Shown piece after piece: positions 54,541-64,000 of a DNA stretch of 64,000 bases. The position numbers and the translations under genes are program-made. Under the pieces are notes generated by a model. The model did no database searches. It was given only the letters and a program-made list of their open reading frames with translations, and was not told the origin of the DNA. The stretch comes from Octopus vulgaris (Eukaryota), in contig OX597821.1 in assembly GCA_951406725.2 (NCBI GenBank), forward strand, positions 51,770,001-51,834,000, written 5' to 3'. How positions within the stretch are numbered: the first letter of the stretch is position 1; the number at the start of each line of letters is the position of its first letter.

Positions 54541-55160
54541 TGTAGGAAGTGAAAGATGAACAATGCATGAAGTTTTAAGGAAAGTATTTATTTACCATTA
54601 TATTACAAATACCTTGCATCGACGGGCAGGTTATGATAAATCCAAAAGCATGTGAAGTAAAGTTTGTGCTTGTGTACTCTTCATTGTTTAGTAGTAAATA
54701 CAGAGAGAGATAGAATGATGTTGTAAGAGAGCAGAATTAGAACTAGTGAGAGTTGTAAGGTGTGGGACGTTGTCTCACAGTTGCTGACAGTAAACTTCAT
54801 CTTCCTCTGACCAAGGTTCTAGCTGGTCAGCCAGACTTCATTGAGTCGTCACCGACTGTGACTAACTGATTTTTGCTTAGGGTGTGATTGCTTAAATAAC
54901 TATCCAGAAGGATAGATATATCATTGAGAACCATAGATTTAGTTGGTGGTCTTGTCCTCTCTATTCTAGCTTTTGGTGAAGTAGAAGAGGTTAGAAAAGG
55001 TCAAGTAGTGAAGACATTATTTCAGCCTAGCTAAAAGCATCTGGAAAATGTAAAACTGCTGTCAGAGAAAAACCATTGTTCCACCGTGGGAAAAGTTCTG
55101 CTGCAGTCTTAATTTAAATTTGGCTATGGTGGATCGAATCCACTTTATGTTTGCAAAATC

Positions 55161-55167
<7 letters not shown>
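54541..55167 (-). mobile_element. Possible solo LTR
   Basis: TGTAG...CTACA termini, minus-strand AATAAA near its 3' end, abuts (TA)n; no TSD verified. Confidence 0.35.
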
Positions 55168-55213
<46 letters not shown>

Positions 55214-55233
55214 TATATATATACACATGCACT

Positions 55234-55280
55234 CAGGGTGTCCCAGAATTAACTATCTATAGTTAATTCTTGGACTCCTG
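55234..55280. mobile_element. 47-bp Tc1/mariner-type micro-MITE hairpin
   Basis: cagggtgtcccagaattaactat / atagttaattcttggactcctg followed by TA. Confidence 0.55.
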
Positions 55281-55318
55281 TATATATATATTATAAAGTA
55301 AAAGGCATTGGAGATGCA

Positions 55319-55630
55319 TACCCGGCACGCATGCAAGGATAAAATAAAATTTTATTTAATAAATATATTCTCATATGAATTCAGATTTCAACACAATGGC
55401 ATCAAGAGTAATTTCCCCTGCTTATCGTTTATGCATATGTAATCAAAGAAACAATACATATTGATTAATCCATTCGCCACAAACCAAATAATGAATTTGA
55501 GCCATTCACCCAATGAGTATTTCCGCCAAATTTGGTGAAAAATCCATCCAGCCATTTTCCAATAATTTGCAAACGCATAAAGATGAACAACTACAATACC
55601 CTGCTTTCACTTACGCGTGCAGGGTAATAA
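55319..55630 (+). mobile_element. Helentron-associated (HINE/DINE-like) non-autonomous element
   Basis: 5' tacccggcacgc is inverted to 3' gcgtgcagggta; terminal hairpin accctgc...gcagggt; internal ccaaatttggtgaaaaatccatcc motif. Confidence 0.5.
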
Positions 55631-55652
55631 AATTGATATTACATAAAATATA

Positions 55653-55992
55653 TCTTTATATATAAAAGAGAGGTTTAACCAAAACCGGGTATCTTATAGT
55701 CGTGATTCATATCGAGCCCTTCTGGGTATTAGCGCGCGTCTACGATGAGTCTACGATTTTTAAAAAATTTACCACCATTTTTTTCCATTTTAATACATTT
55801 TTTTCGCTATTATATAAGGGAAGTAACTCTCTAAAAATGTCTACGATGAGTCAACGATTTTTAAAAAAATTTACCGTAATTTTTTTTCCATTTTTAATGC
55901 ATGTTTTTGCTATTTTTTGGCTATAACTCTCTAAAAATGCTTATATAGTTATTTCCCTTACAAACCCGAGCAACGCCGGGCGATACTGCTAG
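55653..55992 (+). mobile_element. Non-autonomous Helitron
   Basis: A|TC 5' end (tctttatatataaaag), subterminal hairpin cccgagcaacgccggg, CTAG|T 3' end, no TSD, internal direct repeat of about 100 bp. Confidence 0.88.
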
Positions 55993-56019
55993 TGATATAT
56001 AAAATTAATATTATATAGA

Positions 56020-56585
56020 TGTAAAAAGCACCTTTCGAGTGTTGGGCCTCATGGAGGCAATGACAAATGACTGAGACCTTTGGCAATATGTTGTACTTGA
56101 GAAGAAGACCCATCGAGACAAGTGAAATCATAGTGCTTGCAGACACTGGTGTCACGCAACTGGCACATGTGCAAATGGCATGTAAACACACCCATTACAC
56201 TCTCAGAGTTGTAGGGTATTAGGAAGGGCATTAAAGGGTATTAAAAGGCGGCAAGCTGGCAGAAACGTTAGCACACCGGGTGAAATGCGTAGCCGTATTT
56301 CGTCTGTCGTTACGTTCTGAGTTCAAATTCCGCCGAGGTCGACTTTGCCTTTCATCCTTTTGGGGTCGATAAATTAAGTACCAGTTACGCACTGGGGTCG
56401 ATGTAATCGACTTAATACCTATGTCTGTCCTTGTTTGTCCCCTCTGTCTTTAGCTCCTTGTGGGTAATAAAGAAATAGGTATTAGGAAGGGCATACAACT
56501 GTAGAAACAATGTCAAATCAGACTGGAATCTGGTGCAGCCCCTCATCTTACCAGCCTTGGTTAAACTGCCCAACTCCTGCCAGCA
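56020..56585 (+). mobile_element. Family D repeat (RTE-related SINE body) split by a family A SINE
   Basis: ggtattaggaagggca...gtagaaac...cagactggaa.ctggtgcagc is shared with 60760-60980. Confidence 0.7.
56246..56477 (+). mobile_element. Young SINE family A with 16-bp TSD
   Basis: TSD ggtattaggaagggca at 56215-56230 and 56478-56493. Confidence 0.95.
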
Positions 56586-56778
56586 AATTAAAAAGAAAGA
56601 AAAAAAAAAGAAAGCTGAAAATATATTATAATATAATATAAAATTACAATATTATATAAGATTAATATTAGAAACAAACTGGTTTCATATTTTTGTTCAA
56701 GGCCAGCAATTTTGAGGAGTGAGTAAGTTGTGAGCCTCACAGTTCACTGCCTTTCTTTTGTATAGATATTGTTAACAT

Positions 56779-57187
56779 TAGGCACAGGAGTGGTAAGTAA
56801 CTTGCTTACCAACCACATGGTTCCGAGTACAGTCCCACTGCGTGGTACCTTGGGCAAGTGTCTTCTACTATAGCTTCGGGCCAACCAAAACCTTGTGAGT
56901 GGATTTGGTAGGCGGAAAATGAAAGAAGCCTGTCGTATATATGTATATATATATATGTGTGTGTGTGTATGTGTGTGTACATGTTTGTGTGTCTGTGTTT
57001 GTCCCTCCGACATCGTTTGACAACCGACGGTGGCGTATTTATATGCCCATAACTTAAAGGTTCAACAAAAGAGACCGATAGAATAAATACTAGGCTTCCA
57101 GGGAATAAGTCCTGGGGGCGATTTGCTCGACTAAAAGGCAGCGCTCCAGCATGGCCACACTCAAATGACTGAAACTAGTAAAAGAGT
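56779..57187 (+). mobile_element. Full-length SINE family B
   Basis: Collinear with the other family B copies. Confidence 0.9.
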
Positions 57188-57571
57188 ATCATAATAATCT
57201 GAGATTGATTGATAATTCGGCTGATCAATAGTCTTTTCTTTTACTGAAAATATACTTCTTCCCTATTTTTCTTCTCTCCTCTCTCTCTATTTTCCCTATT
57301 GTTTCTCTCTTCCTTTCTCCCTCCTTCTCTCTCTCCCTCTAACTCTCTGTCTCACACACACACACACATACACACATACATGCACACATACACACATATG
57401 CACACACATGCACACACACACACACATCAATTTTATTTATTTATTTATTTAATTTGTCGATAATTCAACTTATTTATTAACATGTGAAATTTGAATAATT
57501 TGAATTAGAGTTAAACATAAAACTCCTAGAAGCTCTCTCAATCTTTCTCTTCGTTATTATTATTATTATTG

Positions 57572-57619
<48 letters not shown>

Positions 57620-57624
<5 letters not shown>

Positions 57625-57810
57625 TCAAATCTTGGTTCAAGGCCAACAGTTTCAATGGAGGGATAAGTCAATTACAATGACCCCAATTTATTTTATCGAC
57701 CCCAAAAAGATGAAAGGCAAAATCGACTTCGGAAGAATGTGAAATTAAAACGTAAAGACAGACAAAATGCTGCTAAACATTTTGCCCAGCATGCTAACGA
57801 TTCTGTCACC
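57620..57810 (-). mobile_element. SINE family A (short tail) between (ATT)n and (AAT)n arrays
   Basis: ttatcgaccccaaaaagatgaaaggcaaaatcgac core. Confidence 0.8.
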
Positions 57811-57835
57811 TCAATACCCTAATAATAATAACAAC

Positions 57836-57870
<35 letters not shown>

Positions 57871-57914
57871 TAACAACAATAACAATAACAACAATAACAA
57901 TAATAATGATGATG

Positions 57915-57967
<53 letters not shown>

Positions 57968-57989
57968 CACCACTGTTTAACATACAATG

Positions 57990-59220
57990 ATTAGATGTCA
58001 CAATAAAAGATGCTGAGTCAGGAATAGTAAAATAAGATAATTTCAAAGTTGGAAATTCAAAGAGTATACTTTGTAAGGTTGTTTTTAGCTGTAGAGAATA
58101 AGGAAGATTATACCATGTTATCTTTTTTTTCCCCCTTTTTTTGTTATTATCAAATATTAGTTGAGTATTGTTAGTTGGATGACAAGCCTCTTTATTTGCT
58201 GTAGATGATAAGTTAACAGTAAACATTTTAACAATATTATTTAATCAAGAGAATTAGTAGAATTTTATTGATTTATTAATAATATTAATATTCTACCCCT
58301 CTAAGTTTTATATACTACAATTATTGTTGCTATAATACTAATGATTAATATATGATATTTGTGGTCTATTTCTACACCTGGAAACACTAGTAACATTTGA
58401 GTGTACTTAATGACAAACAGTTTCTACTTTTTATTTACTCTGTTTATTATTTATCTGAGCATTTACATATGTTGGTAAAGTGCTATTGAGATTATTACTA
58501 AATGTGTTACATGTTTTAGATGAAAATTTAGAATTATAGAGATTATCTGTGGTATTATAGAAGTATTTCTTGTATTCCTACACTTAAGAAACACAGGTTC
58601 ATCATTAAAGCTTTTATGAATAATAGTGAGAATATTTATTAGATTATGTATCACCTTCAGTTTAGTATAATACTGTAGATATATCTATCAATGCATTATA
58701 ATCACTTCACATAAAAGTATCATCTTACTAGGATGTACTGTCATAAAAAATTCTTTCAGTGACTGAAAGATCTGAAATACTAATTGAAATAATCTTAAAT
58801 ATGTAAGCATCTTTTATAGATTAAGGGTGGTTAGAAATTTTACTTGTATAGCATAAACCTCTGTTAAGTACATTATAGGGATTTAAATTTAGAGTAGCAT
58901 CAAGGAAATTAATAATTTTTATATTCCTTCTAAATGTGATAGTGATTATCATTCCAAAAGTATTTATTAATGGCATTTTCAAGTTGTCTGATAAACTTAG
59001 ATAAAGAGCAATAAAAAAACTGTTGTAAGAACCTTAATCATTACAATATAAACCTCCATTCATATATAGGAAATTTCTATTTCATTTAAATAAGAAAAAA
59101 TTATCCTACTAAATCTGTTTCCTGGGCTGAATTAGATGGACCCATAATAGTATCAAAATTATGAGAACTGGATTTTGAAGTCTAAGAATAAGTTCTGGAA
59201 TAAGATTAGTGTATTTCTAA
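57990..59220 (-). mobile_element. Heavily decayed Penelope-like element
   Basis: Minus-strand FDTIMGPSNSAQETDLVG and GGLYCND (PLE RT motifs FDVTMGS.D.AE..ELVG and GLYRDD), KRGKKKITWYNLPYS (WFNPPYS-like), and a GAAACtgtttGTC hammerhead half near 58420. Confidence 0.7.
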
Positions 59221-59249
59221 CTGCTAATATTATGTGCATATACAAAGCT

Positions 59250-59460
59250 GTGAACTGGCAGAACTGTTAGCACACCGAGCAAAACGCTTAGTGGCACTTT
59301 GTCAGTCTTTACATTCTGAGTTCAAATTCCATCAAAGTCAACTTTGACTTCCATCCTTTCAGGGTAAATAAAATAAGTACCAGCTGAACATTGGGGTTAA
59401 TGTAATTGACTTATCCTCTCCCTTCTAAATTGCTGGCCTAGTGCCAAAATTTGAAACCAA
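59250..59460 (+). mobile_element. SINE family A (short tail), degenerate
   Basis: gtgaactggcagaactgttagcac head; gtgccaaaatttgaaaccaat tail. Confidence 0.82.
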
Positions 59461-60759
59461 TATTATTCACCTGCTTGCAAATTCTTGTGGGCAAAGGCAT
59501 AGGTTCAATCCCACTGTGTGAATACTGTTGGTTGGTGTTTTCTACTATTGCTAAAGGCTGCCCAATCTTTTCTGATTGGGATTTAGATATGGAAACTGGA
59601 AGAATCACATGGTGCATGAGTACATGCTTGTGTGTATGTGTATATAAATGTGTGCATGTGCATGAGTGTGAGTGAGTGAATATATATTCCCCATTTTTGA
59701 CAGGTGAATGTTGACTGGAAGCAAAAGTGGCTACTTGTAGACAGTGTACACATATACATACACACACACAAAAGTCTGCCTGTGTGTGGGTATGTATGTA
59801 TGCAAATGTGAGTATGAGAGGGGGTTTGGATGCCTGATGTGTGAAAACATAACAATAAAGATGTCACAAACATCCCTGATGCAGGTCTTTACTGACAAGG
59901 AGCAATAAGACCAAAACATGTCTTGCATTGTCACTGTAATCTGTCCATGATGAGACTTATATGCCACTAGTTTAGATTAAACTACATGCATACATACATA
60001 CATACATACATGTATCTATCTATGTCAGTCCATCAGCCCATCCATCCATCCTTTTCTGTCATTGGTCAATAGTATTGCAGAGGCAGTAACCTAGCCACCT
60101 CTGCTGTGCCTGTGCTGTTTCCAGAAGCAGACATCTAGCTCCAAATATACTTACCCACTCTTCACTCAGGAAAACACATCACAAAGGAAAGAAAACACAT
60201 CACCAGTCAACACATTCACAACATCCATGGAGCTCCAGGGAATGCCAGATACATAGCTGTCTAATGATCTCACCCCAAAGATTTTCTGTGTGAGTTTTCA
60301 CCCTTAGCCTTTTTTTAAATACTCAACAAATCGCCCACAAGGCAGCAGAGATATATTATAATGGACATGGTTCATGCAGAGCCAATCCCACTCTGTTGTT
60401 TTTCAAATGTGTATTGATCTGGTGCAACAAGTGTCACAAGCCCAATAGTTATCAGGATGCAGGCTTTGTATAGAGTTCTTTTAGATGAGCAGTTAAAGAG
60501 CTGAAGGATCTTATCTTCCTTGAGTTCATTGAAATGTTTGTGAATGGTCCCCTTCCAGTGATAACTCTGTGACATGCCAATTAATCCATAGCTAGGACTT
60601 TGACCAGAACTACTACTCTGGGGCAGGGTAAACCTGCAGACAATATTGGCTAAGAGCTACTACCACACTCCTCACCCTAACCCTAGTCCTCAAAACCCTA
60701 GAACCCTTGAAGCTGAGTTCCGCAAATGGATGTAGTTTATTTAGAGTCATACTCATGTA

Positions 60760-60980
60760 GGAGCATTCATGCCAGTGGCATGTTAAAAGCACCCAGCAGA
60801 CTCTGTAAAGTGGTTGGTATTAGGAAGAGCATTCAGTTATAGAAACCAGGCCAAGTCAGACTGGAACCTGGTGCAGCTTCCCAGCTTCCCAGCTCTGGTC
60901 AAACCATCCAACCCAAGCCAGCATGGAAAACAGACAAAAAAATGATGATGAAGATGATGATGATGATGATGATGATGATG
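60760..60980 (+). mobile_element. Family D repeat 3' end with (GAT)n tail
   Basis: ...ccaacccaagccagcatggaaaacagac...(gat)n, an RTE-like tail. Confidence 0.75.
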
Positions 60981-61172
60981 ATATATAACAAAAGAGGAAA
61001 GTGGAAACTGTTTTTGATATTATACTCTGGTACACATGTTTCATTTGCTAATAGGGATTACAAGATTTTTACATGTTAGACATGTAAAGAATTGTCTATT
61101 AGAAATTCTTCAAACAGAGAAAAAAATTATAATGTGTGTGTGTGTGTTACATAATTATTTTCTGCTAATCTT

Positions 61173-61203
<31 letters not shown>

Positions 61204-61319
61204 TCCTTTCTTTCTTTCTCTCTCCCTTCTTCTCTCTTTTGGTTTCACCTATTCTTTCAATATTCAATTTTCCAACTTCTCTTGTTCTTTTACCCTTTCT
61301 TCCCTTATTTGTTCTATTT

Positions 61320-61350
<31 letters not shown>

Positions 61351-62725
61351 ACATTTCTATTATTTATCTCTTTCTTCCTTTCTTTCTCTCTCTTATAATC
61401 ACACACACACACACACACAGTATATACATGTATGTGTGACTGCATAAGTGTATGTATTAGCTTATACATGTGATATGTTGTAAGATGTTCTACTGTACAC
61501 GATGTGGCATGCATCTAAATGTCTCTGTATGTTTGTATGGTGTTTATGTATGTGTATATGTACTTGTTCATACATACATACATACATACATACATGCATA
61601 CACACACACACCCATTTACATAAACACATATATGCATATAAAGTGGTACCATTGTGTATATGTACATCAGACTACAGATGACAAATTACATATTCATAAA
61701 CAAACACATAAAAACACATGCATGTGTGTATGTATACACACACACACATACATATATATATGTGTATACATGTGTATCTATATGTGTGTGTGTTTGTTGG
61801 TGTGTGCGTGTACATATGTATGAGTACATGTATTCATACATACCATACAAACACATGCATAGACATTTAGATTTATGCGCATACGGATAATGATCTCAAT
61901 CAACATCTCTATCTTCCCACCTTCACTCATTCCCTTCCTGTTTCCGCTCCCTCACTCAATCCCTCCTTCTCTCTCTCCCTCCCCATCTCTCTTTCTCTCT
62001 CTCTCTTTCCCCTTTTCTCTCTCCATATTTATGTATGTATGTACATCTCTACTTCTCTCTCCATCCCTATGTTATAATTATATCCATCAATCAATGCTAC
62101 AGCCAGTAATTCCTGTGTGAAGTTCTGTTGAATATATTGGTAACTGATGAGAGGGGATAGTTTTGGTCACACTTAACAATTCCAACAATAGCAACAACAA
62201 CAGCAACCACAGAAATCAATTTACTCTTAACAGCAACAGCAACAACAACAACATGTGTTATACATTATTTGTTTGGTTCCATTTATTTTTCTTATTCACT
62301 TAGTTTTCATTAAGTGTGGGTTGTATAGGTCTGGAATGATACATATTGACATGGTTAAATACATGGTTTTACAGTTGCCCTTCCATCTGTCCAATGAAGA
62401 ACAAGGTTATTTGGAGTCATCTTTGTTGTTCTCCAAATACATCATACATACTATATCTTATACATTACAGACACCTCATACTACATTCAAGACATACCAC
62501 AACTATTATATCACATACACTAGACATACACTACCAACTACATCCTACATCCAATGCACTACACATTCCACGCATAACATACAATGTCTTATACACTGTA
62601 TACATGATATGCATTTCCCACACAACATACCACATACTACACTCCACTCAGTCATACAGAGGACACCTTACATACTGTATCCCACACACCACACATACCA
62701 TATCCTGATTGTGATCATGCTGGTG

Positions 62726-63400
62726 TAGGCATGAGTGTGAGGTAAAAGGTTTACTTTCCAACCACAGTTCTAGGTTCAGTTCCACTGCATAGCACCTTGG
62801 GCTAGTGTCTTCTACTATAGCCTTGGGACAACCAAAGTCTTGTGTGTAGTTTGGTGGATGGAAACTGAAAGAAGCCTATCATATATATATATATATATAT
62901 ATATATCCTTCACCTTGACTGACCAGTCCATCAGGTGTCCATTTGACTCCGCTGGTCACAGCACGCTGTCTACTCCTCTCTGGATTGCGCTTTCCTCATC
63001 CATGTGATCCCAATCACCCTCCTGAAATCGTAACTCCACCGTCGTGGAGGCCTTTTGAGTGGTTGTCTCTGCTAGCATGGGTACCACTCAACAACTGCGT
63101 GGGTCCACCAATTATCGGAGAGCCAGGTGATGTGCCCAGCCCATCTAAACTTGCTGCGTATATATGCTACATATATATATATATATACATACATGTGTGT
63201 GTGTGTCTTTGTGCTTGACAACCGGTATTGATATGTTTACATCCCTGTAACTTAGTGGTACAGCAAAAGGCCAATAGAATAAGCACCAGGCTTTAAAAAA
63301 ATAAGTACTGGAGTTGATCAATTCATTTAACTAAAATTCTTCAAGGTAGTGCCCCAGTATGGCCAGAGTCTAATGACTGAAACAAATAAAAGATAAAAGA
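62726..63400 (+). mobile_element. SINE family B with a LINE fragment in its internal (TA)n
   Basis: 5' half 62726-62880, 3' half 63200-63400. Confidence 0.85.
62906..63158 (-). mobile_element. RTE-clade LINE 3' fragment
   Basis: Minus strand RSKFRWAGHITWLSDNWWTHAVVEWYP...KRPPRRW. Confidence 0.82.
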
Positions 63401-63619
63401 TACTGATCTATCATCAACAATATTCCAGCCATGACATACCAGGGAGCATGTGTCTTTTTTTTATAAATGGTAGTGAAGGGAGAATTGGCTACTCAAGAAA
63501 GTCATTGAAGCTTCCATACTAGCTCTTTTTGATAGTACTACATTGATGATCCCTTTTTTCAGTACCACTGTTTTATTGTGATGACCTCTTTTTTACATTA
63601 CTTAGTACTCCTCTTTACA

Positions 63620-64000
63620 TTATTTACATTCGATGGATATTTGTCCTCATCTTGTTTGTTGTTAACACGTTTCGTCTAATATACCCTCAAGCCTTCTCAT
63701 TCCTAAGGTATTTTTCGATGTTATTGTTCAGCTCACTGCTTGGAATCGAACTCGGAATCTTGGGGTTAGTAGCCTGTGCTCTTAACCACTATGCCATATG
63801 CCCGTGGGCAATTATGAAGTGATTTTAGGGCTTATAAATCTAATATTTTTCTATTCTATATTAGATTTATAAGCCCTAAAATTCTCTCCATAATTGCCCA
63901 CGGGCATATTGCATAGTGGTTAAGAGCACAGGCTACTAACCCCAGGATTCCGAGTTTGATTCCAAGAAGTGACCTGAGCAATAACAATAACAATAATAAT
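63620..64000. mobile_element. Palindromic element: two divergent tRNA-like heads, with a hammerhead 3' half on the left arm; cut by the window end
   Basis: 63720-63845 and about 63860-63985 are inverted; the head gcatagtggttaagagcacaggctactaaccccaggattccgagtttgattcc has A and B boxes. Confidence 0.7.

Noticed and set aside
60372-60575. 67-aa minus-strand ORF in non-repetitive sequence
   Set aside because: No motif I can recognise; may be an old LINE remnant but is unsupported.
60670-60710. Telomere-like ccctaaccctag
   Set aside because: Only two or three degenerate units; consistent with chance.
2371-62728. Dozens of ORFs rich in YI, CV, HT, MYVC, LS or homopolymer runs
   Set aside because: They are translations of di-, tri- and tetranucleotide microsatellites with no domain or splice support.
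63897-63975. Functional tRNA gene
   Set aside because: No clear acceptor stem or T-run terminator, unusual ACT anticodon, and it is part of an inverted repeat; treated as a SINE-like head. The same applies to the heads of families A, B and C.

Overview
AT-rich, microsatellite-saturated animal genomic DNA. The tRNA-derived SINE families and repeat landscape point to an octopus or other coleoid cephalopod (inference). The only host coding sequence I can support is two + strand exons (49448-49519 and 53250-53415) of a receptor guanylyl cyclase (NPR1/NPR2/Gyc76C-like). They encode part of the kinase-homology domain and have canonical splice sites. I found no neighbouring exons, so the rest of the window is probably very large introns. 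These are filled with at least four SINE families, decayed LINEs (Tx1/L1, R4/Dong-type RLE, RTE), Penelope-like element (PLE) remnants, a mariner relic, a non-autonomous Helitron, MITEs and a local 1-kb duplication. Almost all ORFs in the track are microsatellite artefacts. Most interesting signals: (1) minimal hammerhead-ribozyme motifs and long hairpins tied to (TA)n arrays, including one complete type I hammerhead on the sense strand of the cyclase intron; (2) a palindromic element with a tRNA-like head next to a hammerhead half; (3) SINE multimers that always rejoin at the same internal position; (4) different retroelement families each associated with a particular microsatellite. Repeat boundaries were read by eye and are approximate unless a TSD or terminus is quoted.
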